64,000 nt of DNA, taken from positions 633,064 to 697,063 of the forward strand of contig CAVYTM010000001.1 of NCBI GenBank assembly GCA_963771555.1. Direction: 5' to 3'. Shown one piece after another: positions 56,049-64,000 of this stretch. The notes beneath the pieces are model-generated. The model ran no database searches and was not told the origin of the DNA. It worked only from the letters and a program-made list of their open reading frames with translations. Positions within the stretch are counted from its first letter, which is position 1. Every line of letters starts with the position of its first letter. A program made the translations under genes and the position numbers. Source of the DNA: an uncultured Thermoplasmata archaeon (GTDB lineage Archaea > Thermoplasmatota > Thermoplasmata > Lutacidiplasmatales > UBA184).

Positions 56049-56801
56049 CTACTCCGGACCGTGCAGGAGGGCCGAGATGCGGAGGGCGAGGGGGCCTACG
56101 GGCTTCCGCTGGAACAGGTTGCGACCGATGCAGATCCCGCCACCTCCCGCGTCGATGCTCGCCTTCACGATCCCTAGGAATTCCTTTTCGTTGTCCAAAC
56201 GGACCCCGCCGCCGATGAGGACAGGAACCGGGGTCGTGCGGCAGAGCTTCGCGAACTCGCGGGCCGACCCGGGATAGCTCGTCTTCACGATGTCCGCGCC
56301 CGTGTCCGCGGCGGCCCGCGCGGCATGTCGCAGTTCGTCGGGGGTTCCGCCGGTGGTCTTCTTGACGTAGGCCATGCAGAGGAGCGGCAGGCCGAGTCGA
56401 CGGCACTGGTCCGCCGCGATGCCGAGGTCGCGGAGCATGTCGGGTTCCTCGGGAATGCCGAAGTTCACCTGCACGCTGAGGAGGTCGGCCCCGAGGCTGA
56501 CCGCTTCCTCCGCCGTGCCGACGAGGACCTTCTGATTCGAGGTCGTCCCGAGGCTCGTGGAGGCCGACACATGGACCCCCAGTAGTGTCGTCGGGGCGAG
56601 TACGGGGGCGAGGGTGCGCACCGCACCTTTCGTGACGATCAATAGGTCCGCACCCGCGTCCTGGAGCTCCTCCGCGAGCGGGGCGAGCTCCTCGAGACCA
56701 TCGATCGGTCCCATCGACACGGGATGGTCGAGGGGCACGGAGAAGAGCTTGCGCTGGGGGTTCGGGAACAGTCGCCGCATCCGTATCGTTCTGCCTTCCA
56801 T
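56049..56801 (-). CDS. 2-amino-3,7-dideoxy-D-threo-hept-6-ulosonate (ADH) synthase, class I aldolase family
   Basis: DhnA-type class I aldolase motifs (SVPLDHPVSMGP, catalytic region IVKTSYPG). Start at internal Met MEGRTIRMRRLF by homology to archaeal ADH synthases. AT-rich patch 56813-56832 lies just upstream. Confidence 0.7.
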   Translation of the reverse strand: MEGRTIRMRRLFPNPQRKLFSVPLDHPVSMGPIDGLEELAPLAEELQDAGADLLIVTKGAVRTLAPVLAPTTLLGVHVSASTSLGTTSNQKVLVGTAEEAVSLGADLLSVQVNFGIPEEPDMLRDLGIAADQCRRLGLPLLCMAYVKKTTGGTPDELRHAARAAADTGADIVKTSYPGSAREFAKLCRTTPVPVLIGGGVRLDNEKEFLGIVKASIDAGGGGICIGRNLFQRKPVGPLALRISALLHGPE

Positions 56802-56812
56802 GGGTCCTACCT

Positions 56813-56832
56813 TCGGTTTGCTTTGCTTTGAG
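56813..56832 (-). promoter_or_regulatory. AT-rich element (minus strand CAAAGCAAAGCAAAC) 12-31 nt upstream of the proposed ADH synthase start; candidate promoter of the aro-trp mega-operon
   Basis: Lowest-GC stretch in the region; contains the direct repeat AAAGC x2. Confidence 0.3.
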
Positions 56833-56999
56833 TGAGGAGCCGAGAAATCGCGATCCGAGAACGTGCGGGGCACGTTGGGACGGCGCCCTCCCGGCGCCTC
56901 CCGGTCACCAGAGCCAGGTCACGGCGACCCGAACCACGTGCGGCCCCGGAAGGGCTTCGAGGGATCGGGCTGCCATCGACCTTGACCACCGGTCCAGTT

Positions 57000-57740
57000 C
57001 TATTTAGCGTTCGACGGAGCCGACCCGCCGTTCGCCGCGGCGAGCACACCGTCGACCAGCAGGGCGTGAATGGAGAACCCCCGCAGCATCTGTTCCCACA
57101 TCAGCTTGCGGACCTCGGGGGACGATGCGAACCCCGCGACGATCTGGCCGATCCATTCGCTGTGTTCGACGTCGGCCGTCACATGCAGTGAGTAGTACTC
57201 GAGGTGCGACTCGTCCACCTGGTAGTGCTTACGGAAGGCCGGAAGGAGCCGAGCGCACAGCTCCACATTCGGCGGTTCCGACGATCCGGCGGCGGAGACG
57301 TAGAAGGTGTTCACTCGATTCGTGTAAAGGAAGTCGTCGATGGCCACCATCGTGCTCGGAAGCAGAGGCGCATCCAGAACGTCCTTTCGGGACACGCCCA
57401 TGCCCTCGCAGAACCGAAGCCAGAGCTCCGGGTGGCCGGGGGCTTTGCCCTTGGGGTCGCCCGCCTCTTCGACCAGCTGGTCGAGGATCATCCGTCGGTA
57501 CGGGTCGTTGGAAGCTTCGTACGAGCAGTTCGCGAACCTCTCCGCCATCGCGATCGGAACGGAGGCGAGCCACGGGTAGAACTGTTTGACCCACGCCTGG
57601 ACCAACGCTCGCGGCACCTCCCCTCGTTCGAGGCGGGCGAAGAACGGGTGCGTCTTGAACGGGTGGTTGGCCATCTTGTGCTTCGTGAGCTCGTCTCGGA
57701 ACTTCGCGCCCTCGAAACGGACCCAAGGAGCTTCGGTCAT
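57000..57740 (-). CDS. TenA/PqqC/CADD-superfamily (heme-oxygenase-like fold) protein
   Basis: 246 aa, all-helical. PqqC/TenA-like conserved E/H/Y positions (HPFFARLERGE, YSLHVTADVEHSE). Family assignment tentative. Confidence 0.5.
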   Translation of the reverse strand: MTEAPWVRFEGAKFRDELTKHKMANHPFKTHPFFARLERGEVPRALVQAWVKQFYPWLASVPIAMAERFANCSYEASNDPYRRMILDQLVEEAGDPKGKAPGHPELWLRFCEGMGVSRKDVLDAPLLPSTMVAIDDFLYTNRVNTFYVSAAGSSEPPNVELCARLLPAFRKHYQVDESHLEYYSLHVTADVEHSEWIGQIVAGFASSPEVRKLMWEQMLRGFSIHALLVDGVLAAANGGSAPSNAK

Positions 57741-57827
57741 CGCCGGTCGCAGACGGGGGGCCGTATTTGGTCGCCGAGGTTCCGTTCTGAACCTCCCGAG
57801 TTATCGCGCCAGGGTCCGCTCGGGCAA

Positions 57828-59142
57828 TGTGTCTCCCTCACCGGGTCGCGCTCCGCTGGTTCCGCCGTTCGGTCCTCTCGAGGGGATCCGGGTCCTCGAA
57901 TCCGCGAGGTTCGTGGCGGGTCCGTGGGCGGCCACCTATCTCGGCGAGTTCGGGGCGCGAGTGATCCACGTCGAAGGCCCGCCGTTCGAACCACCGTACG
58001 CGGACCCCACTCGGACGACACGCCCGCTCCTCGAAGGGAGCGTTCCCGGGGACGCCATCTCGGAATCCTGGGTCCAATACTCCCGCAACAAGCTCTCGGT
58101 CGGGCTCGACGTACGCCGTCCGGAGGGTCGTGCGGTGTTCCTGAAGCTCATCGAACAATCGGACCTCTGGATCGAATCCTCCCGGCCCGGAACCTACGAC
58201 CGGTTCGGTCTCTCGGACGAAGAGGTCTGGCGGACCAACCCCCGGGTCACGATCGTCCACGTCTCGGGCTACGGTCGCACCGGCCAGTCCGACCGTCTGG
58301 GGGCTCCGTCCTACGACCTCACGGCCCAGGCCTTTAGCGGATACCTCTCGCTGCAAGGGAACCCAGACCCGGACCCCCCGATGCGGTCGGGAACCGCCCT
58401 CAACGACACGGTTACCGGACTCGCGGCGGCCACGGCCGGTCTCATGGGCTACATCCATGCACAGAAGACCGGACACGGCCAATCGGTCGACGTCGCGCAG
58501 TACGAGATGTTCTTCATCCTTCTCGAGAATCTTGCGCTCGACTATTTTGTTCGGGGAGTGACGCGCGGTCGTTACGGGTCGGGCCACGCCCGGCTCCATC
58601 CCTACGACGTCCACCGGGCCAAGGACGGATGGGTCGTCGTCGCGGCTCCCACTCCCGAAGCCTGGGCACAACTCAAGACGGTGATCGGGTTCGACGACGC
58701 CGCCTACGATGACCGGGACTATCGGCTGGAGCATCGTGAGAAGGTCGACCGCGCGATCGCGGATTTCTGCCAGACCCGGACCCGCGAAGAGCTCGAGAAG
58801 GTCGGTCGCGCACACGACGTCGCGATCACCCGGGTTTTTGACATCGCCGACGCCGCACGGGACCCTCACTTCCGAGACCGCGGGATGTTCGTCGAATGGG
58901 ACGATCCGGTCGCGGGCCGTATGAAGGGCGCCGGGGTCGCTCCCAAGTTCTCGACCACCCCGGGGGGAGTCTGGCGCGGGGCTCCTTGGTTGGGCCAGGA
59001 CAACACCCGCGTCTTCGAGGAGCTCCTCGGCCTCCCGAGGAGTGAGGTCGAGTCCCTGCGCACCGCGGGCGTCATTGGGGAGCGACCGCCTGCCGGCCCC
59101 CCGAACTCGAAACCCCCTTTCTTCGTGAAGGAGGGACTGTAA
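57828..59142 (+). CDS. family III CoA-transferase (CaiB/BaiF-like)
   Basis: GIRVLESARFVAGPWAATYLGEFGARVIHVE and conserved Asp region. Start proposed at GTG 57828 because the annotated ORF start would overlap the divergent TenA-like gene. Confidence 0.75.
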
Positions 59143-60294
59143 TTGTCGATCCTTCCGCCGTCCCCGGACGACCCGTTGGTCCGCGAGGTCACCGAGTTCG
59201 TCGCTCGGCACAACCTGGCCGTTCGCTATCGGGAGCTCGACCGCGACCCTTCGTTCCCGCGGGCCGAGTACCGTGCCATGGGCCAAGCCGGTCTGCTGGG
59301 CCTACGAACTCCAAGCACCTCCGGCGGGAGAGGGCTTCCGCTTCCCCGAGTGGGACTCGCGTTGTTCCACCTGGCCCACCGGTCCGGCACCGCGTTCGCG
59401 AAACTGAGCCTGCAGCCCGAGTTCTCTTCGGTCCTCGCGGACCACGGTTCCCCCGCTCTCGTCGACGAGTGGTTCCGGCCGATGGTTCGAGGCGACCGTG
59501 TGATCGGGAACCAGATCACGGAACCCACCGCGGGTTCCGATGCCCAGGCGATGACGCTCTCCGCAACGCGCGACGGTGGAGACTACGTTCTCTCCGGGGA
59601 GAAGAGTGAGGTGGCCCTCTGCCTTGACGCCGACGCGGCCATCGTCTACGGGCGAGTCCCGGGAGCCGACCCGCGGGCCGGGATCACGGCGTTCCTGGTA
59701 CCCCAGGACCTTCCGGGCATTGCCCGACGAAGGACGTCCGGGGACCTCGGCGAGCGCTGGCAACGGCGCGGCTCGGTCACCTACGACCATGTCCGCCTGC
59801 CCGAACGATTCCTCATCGGTGAGGAGGGGAGGGGGTTCGAGTACCTTCGAGCCGAACTCACCCAGGAACGAGCTCTCCTTGCCGCCATCTATCTCGGAGC
59901 CGCGTTCGCGTCGTGGGAGGCGACGGTCCAGTACGTCGAGGAGCGGAGTGCCTTCGGTAAGCCGCTTTCCCGCCAAGAAGGCATTGCGTTCCCGTTGGCC
60001 CAGGATGGGGGCCGGCTTTCGGCGGACTGGCTCTACACGATCGACACGCTCACGCAACTCGATCACGGAGGCGAGGCCGCCCCGGAAGCCGCTCTCGCGA
60101 AATGGATGGCCGTGGAGGACGGGCTTCGAGCGATCGACCACGCGATCCAATTCCACGGGGGTCGTGGCTACTCCCAGGACCTCCCCCACGAGCAGCGTTG
60201 GCGCGACGTTCGTAGCGGAGGCCTGGCGCACGGGTCGTCGGAAGTGATGCTGATGGTCGCGGCGCACCAGTGGCGCCGCCGGCCGCGCGAATGA
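59143..60294 (+). CDS. acyl-CoA dehydrogenase
   Basis: ITEPTAGSDAQAMTLSATRDGGDYVLSGEKSEVAL and C-terminal QFHGGRGYSQDLPHEQRWRDVR; TTG start. Confidence 0.8.
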   Translation: MSILPPSPDDPLVREVTEFVARHNLAVRYRELDRDPSFPRAEYRAMGQAGLLGLRTPSTSGGRGLPLPRVGLALFHLAHRSGTAFAKLSLQPEFSSVLADHGSPALVDEWFRPMVRGDRVIGNQITEPTAGSDAQAMTLSATRDGGDYVLSGEKSEVALCLDADAAIVYGRVPGADPRAGITAFLVPQDLPGIARRRTSGDLGERWQRRGSVTYDHVRLPERFLIGEEGRGFEYLRAELTQERALLAAIYLGAAFASWEATVQYVEERSAFGKPLSRQEGIAFPLAQDGGRLSADWLYTIDTLTQLDHGGEAAPEAALAKWMAVEDGLRAIDHAIQFHGGRGYSQDLPHEQRWRDVRSGGLAHGSSEVMLMVAAHQWRRRPRE

Positions 60295-60299
60295 CTCGG

Positions 60300-61631
60300 T
60301 CAGCCGGCTTTCGAGGAGGCCGAAGCGCGGTCCCGCGCACGGCTCGGCTTCTTCGGGGTCGCTTTCTCCGGCACGAACTGCTCCGACTCCGTCGACCCCT
60401 CCATGGCGAGCGTCGAGGTCAGCCCGCCCGATAGGATCTGAGCCACCTCGTCAAAGTAACCGGCCCCGACGAACGATTGGTGCTTCACCGCGGCGTAGCC
60501 TTCCTCCTCCGCGCGGAACTCCTCCTCTTGGAGCTCCGTGTACGCCGCCATGCCGGTTTGGGCGTACCCCTTCGCGAGTCGGAACATCGATAGGTTGAGC
60601 GCGTGGAACCCGGCCAGGGTCACGAACTGGAACTTGTAGCCCATTTCCCCGATGGTCGACTGGAACTCGGCGATCACGTCCGGTCCGAGCTTCTTGCGCC
60701 AATTGAACGACGGGGAGCAGTTGTACGCGAGGAGCTCCCCCGGGTACTCGCGGTGGACCTCGCGCGCGAATCGCGCGGCTTCCTCGAGGTCCGGCCCGGC
60801 GGTCTCGAACCACATGAGGTCCGAGTACGGTGCGTAGGCGAGCCCTCGCGCGATCGCCATATCGAGTCCCCCGGTGATCTCGAAGAACCCTTCCGGAGTC
60901 CGTTTTCCCGTCAGGAACGGCGCGTCCCGGGGGTCTACGTCGCTCGTGAGGAGCTTCGCGGAGAGGGCGTCCGTCCGGGCAATGACCACCGTGGGCACGG
61001 CAGCGATGTCGGCGGCGAGCCGGGCGGCCCAGAGCTTTTGATTGAACTCCCGCGCAGGAACGAGGACCTTCCCGCCCATATGCCCGCATTTCTTGACGGA
61101 GGCCAGCTGGTCCTCGAGGTGGAGGCCGGACGTTCCGGCATCGATCAGCGACTTCGTCAGCTCAAAGACGTTCAGATTCCCGCCGAACCCCGCCTCGCCA
61201 TCGGCGACGATCGGAGCGTACCAGTAGACCTCGTCCTTGCCGAGGGCGTGTTGCTTTTCGTCCTCCCGGCGAAGGGCGTTGTTGATCCGTCGGACCAGGT
61301 TGGGCATCGAGTCGGCGGGGTAGAGGCTCTGGTCGGGGTACGTTTGGTCCGCATCGTTCGCGTCGGCCGCGACTTGCCAACCGCTCGCGTAGATCGCCGG
61401 AAGGCCCGCGGCGACCATCTGCACCGCCTGCGTGCCGGTCATGGCCCCGAGCGTGGGGAGGTACGACTCGGAGTGAAGCAGCCGCCAGAGACGCTGGGAT
61501 CCCACGGAGGCGAGCGTGTGAGCGATGGGAATGGAACCTCTCAAGCGTTCGACGTCGGCGGCCCGATACGGTCGAACGATCCCCTTCCAGCGCGGGTTCT
61601 CCTTCCATTCGGATTCCACGACTCCCGTCAT
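60300..61631 (-). CDS. aceA: isocitrate lyase
   Basis: Signature KKCGHMGGK; 443 aa; strong ICL-like N- and C-terminal regions. Confidence 0.9.
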   Translation of the reverse strand: MTGVVESEWKENPRWKGIVRPYRAADVERLRGSIPIAHTLASVGSQRLWRLLHSESYLPTLGAMTGTQAVQMVAAGLPAIYASGWQVAADANDADQTYPDQSLYPADSMPNLVRRINNALRREDEKQHALGKDEVYWYAPIVADGEAGFGGNLNVFELTKSLIDAGTSGLHLEDQLASVKKCGHMGGKVLVPAREFNQKLWAARLAADIAAVPTVVIARTDALSAKLLTSDVDPRDAPFLTGKRTPEGFFEITGGLDMAIARGLAYAPYSDLMWFETAGPDLEEAARFAREVHREYPGELLAYNCSPSFNWRKKLGPDVIAEFQSTIGEMGYKFQFVTLAGFHALNLSMFRLAKGYAQTGMAAYTELQEEEFRAEEEGYAAVKHQSFVGAGYFDEVAQILSGGLTSTLAMEGSTESEQFVPEKATPKKPSRARDRASASSKAG

Positions 61632-63358
61632 GCCCCCTCGCCCCCTTGCGGGTCACCCAGTTCAGGGTACGCGCGCTCGGTGATAAACCCGACGAGAACG
61701 GGGGATGCAACGACCTCCTCGAGGATGGCGGCCGCGCGTTCGAGAGCTCGCGACGACGCCGGTCGTTCGGGGTCCGAGAGGAACTTCGCCCGTTCTTCAC
61801 GGAACGCCTCGCGGACCATCGGTAGGTCGACCGGCTGACCGTCGTCCCGGACCGCGTGGTGATGCACCCACTGCCAAAGCTGGCTCCGAGCGATCTCGGC
61901 GGTCGCGGCATCCTCCATCAGGTGGTCGATCGGGACACAGCCGTTCCCTCGAAGCCAGGATTCGAGGTAGCGGAGGGAGGCGCGCGCGTTTCGCCGGACG
62001 CCCCCCTGCGTGATGGGACCGGTGGGCGCCTCGAGAAGCTCCTGCGGACCGATGCGAACACCGGTCAGCGGTCGAGCGATCTGGTTCGGAGCCGCCATGC
62101 CCCGGTCGAAGACCTCCATCGCGACACGCACGAGGCCCGGATGGGCGACCCAGGTTCCGTCGTGTCCCGCCGTTACCTCCCGCTCCTTGTCCGCAACGAC
62201 CTGGGCGATTGCCTTTGCGTTCGCCTCCGGGTCGTCCTTGATCGGGATCTGGGCGGCCATGCCGCCCATAGCGTGCGCACCGCGTCGGTGACAGGTCTCG
62301 ATCAAGAGGTGCGAATACGCCGTCAGGAACGGCGTGCCCATCGTCAGACGGGATCGATCGGGGAACCGGGCATCGGCGACGTTCTCGAACTGCTTGATGA
62401 AGCTGAAGAGATAGTCCCAACGCCCACAGTTGAGCCCGACCGAGTGCTCTCGAAGTTCCCACAGGATCTCGTCCATCTGGAACGCCGCGGGCAGCGTCTC
62501 GATCAGCACGGTGGCCCGGATCGTGCCCCGGGGAAGTGCGAGCGAGTCCTCGGTGCTTCGGAAGACGTCGTTCCAGAGACGGGCCTCGAGGTAATGCTCC
62601 AACTTGGGAAGATACAGGTACGGCCCCGTACCGCGACGGCGAAGCTCGTGCGCGTTGTGGAAGAGGAAGAGGCCGAAGTCGAACAGGCTTGCCGAGATCG
62701 GTTGTCCGTCGACCTCGAGGTGTCGCTCGGTTAGGTGCCATCCTCGAGGCCGAACCATCAACGTCGCCGTCGTCTCGTTCAATCGGTATTCCTTCCCCTC
62801 GGGGGAGCGGTACCGGATGCGACGGCGGACGGCGTCCGACACGTTCACCTGCCCCATCACGGTGCCGGTCCATGTCGGCGAGTGGGCGTCCTCGAAATCG
62901 GCCATGAACACTCGGGCCCCGGAGTTGAGGGCGTTGATGATCATCTTCCGGTCGACAGGGCCGGTGATCTCAACGCGCCGATCGAGAAGGTCGTGGGGAG
63001 GCGCCGGAACGCTCCAGCGATCGTTTCGTAGCAGCTCCGTCTCCCGAGGAAAATCCGGACGAGCTCCTGCCGATAGAATCTGCCGGAACCCCCCCCGTGC
63101 GTCCAGGAGGTTTCGGCGCCGTCCCTCGAATTTTCGGTGGATCGAAACGAGGAAATCGATGGCGGATCGATCGAGGACCTCCTCGCCGCGGTCGGGGAGG
63201 TGACCGTGGACTCGAACCGACGATCCTGCGGACTCACCCCGGCGCGTCCCCGGCGATGGCTCGTGCTCGATACGGTCCGTCAATGGACGCGCTCCTTGGG
63301 GTGATGTCGAGCGAATCGCTCCTTCGCCAAATAGATTGGTGAGAGCGCGTTCGTCCAA
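61628..63358 (-). CDS. aceB: malate synthase A
   Basis: [67 protein letters not shown]. The true start is probably ~40 codons inside the annotated ORF. 4-nt overlap with aceA. Confidence 0.9.
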   Translation of the reverse strand: MDERALTNLFGEGAIRSTSPQGARPLTDRIEHEPSPGTRRGESAGSSVRVHGHLPDRGEEVLDRSAIDFLVSIHRKFEGRRRNLLDARGGFRQILSAGARPDFPRETELLRNDRWSVPAPPHDLLDRRVEITGPVDRKMIINALNSGARVFMADFEDAHSPTWTGTVMGQVNVSDAVRRRIRYRSPEGKEYRLNETTATLMVRPRGWHLTERHLEVDGQPISASLFDFGLFLFHNAHELRRRGTGPYLYLPKLEHYLEARLWNDVFRSTEDSLALPRGTIRATVLIETLPAAFQMDEILWELREHSVGLNCGRWDYLFSFIKQFENVADARFPDRSRLTMGTPFLTAYSHLLIETCHRRGAHAMGGMAAQIPIKDDPEANAKAIAQVVADKEREVTAGHDGTWVAHPGLVRVAMEVFDRGMAAPNQIARPLTGVRIGPQELLEAPTGPITQGGVRRNARASLRYLESWLRGNGCVPIDHLMEDAATAEIARSQLWQWVHHHAVRDDGQPVDLPMVREAFREERAKFLSDPERPASSRALERAAAILEEVVASPVLVGFITERAYPELGDPQGGEGA

Positions 63359-63524
63359 GGATTTCTCGGGACGAGGCAGAAGGCCCCAACCCTCAAGCTC
63401 CCGAGTGACTTCGACCCATGTCGGGGAAGCGTCGAATGCCGCGGTCGAACGACGAGCTCTCGGGATTTACCTTGTCTCCGGCGGGTCCGGCGAACCCGAG
63501 AGGTCCCGTTCCGAGGTGGGACCG

Positions 63525-63917
63525 ATGACGCCTACGGTGGTGGTGGCGGTCGACTGGTCACCGGTATCCAAACGAGCCGCCGGGCTCGGCGCGGAGATCG
63601 CCCGCGCGATGAAGGCACGGATCGTCCTGGTCCATGTCCGGACGGAGTCGGAGTCCGACCCCGCTTCCGCGCAAGAGCTCGAGGCGGTGGTCGGTTCGTG
63701 GGCATCCCAAGTACGAAATTCCGGCCCGACCGACGTCACGACCATTCTGCTGGACGGACCGCCCGTGGATTCTCTGTTGAACTATGTCGAGACCCACCCC
63801 ACCGACCTCATGGTCTTCGGGCGGCGCGGTCATTCGCTCGGGGCCCGAATGCTCCTCGGCGGCATCACCTCCTCCGTCCTGCAGCGCGCCCGCTGCCCCG
63901 TGCTGGTCGTCCCTTAG
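63525..63917 (+). CDS. universal stress protein (UspA family)
   Basis: VVVAVDWSP...RIVLVHV and C-terminal GHSLGARMLLGGITSSVLQRARCPVLVV. Start at internal Met 63525. Confidence 0.75.
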   Translation: MTPTVVVAVDWSPVSKRAAGLGAEIARAMKARIVLVHVRTESESDPASAQELEAVVGSWASQVRNSGPTDVTTILLDGPPVDSLLNYVETHPTDLMVFGRRGHSLGARMLLGGITSSVLQRARCPVLVVP

Positions 63918-64000
63918 TTTCCGATGGCGCGGATGCGTCCAAAGGAGACCAGGGCGGGACCGAGGGTACGCCACGCCTCTCGCGGCACAAACGCGATGTC

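Overview
High-GC (about 68-70%) archaeal chromosomal window. Archaeal origin is supported by aIF-5A, GGGP and DGGGP synthases, CarS, tRNA-splicing endonuclease, GHMP-type shikimate kinase, the ADH-synthase/DHQ-synthase-II aromatic entry route and an intron-containing tRNA. The window is gene-dense and largely core metabolism. It holds a 15-gene, start/stop-overlapping aro-asd/ask-trp mega-operon on the minus strand (41.6-56.9 kb). A 7-gene plus-strand operon interleaves ether-lipid genes (DGGGPS, GGGPS, CarS) with pyrE and endA (34.4-41.7 kb). A glyoxylate-shunt operon (aceB-aceA) sits beside a CoA-transferase/acyl-CoA dehydrogenase pair (57.8-63.4 kb). Also present are PPK2, an M3 peptidase, an M16 peptidase pair, DtdA, a GT2 glycosyltransferase, orphan Dpp-type permeases and several N-glycosylation-rich surface proteins (thermopsin-like with 7 PKD repeats; YVTN beta-propeller). 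The most unusual locus is 14.9-25.1 kb. A 1681-aa ORF encodes an isoleucyl-tRNA-synthetase-like protein with degenerate HIGH/KMSKS motifs, fused to an HhH motif, a ~430-aa Pro/Glu-rich acidic linker and a C-terminal domain of unknown function. It is transcribed divergently from aIF-5A, which is followed by a ~1500-aa protein built from ~80-aa alpha-helical repeats. Other notable points: a tRNA-Glu(CUC) whose only consistent fold requires a ~29-nt non-canonical intron in the T-arm; a tRNA-like 3' fragment on the opposite strand 250 bp away; a two-member paralogous family of unknown ~240-aa proteins; and four apparent frameshifts, all at homopolymer runs (three at CGGG-T), pointing to sequencing indels or, less likely, real pseudogenes. 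No CRISPR array, integrase or obvious defence system was seen.
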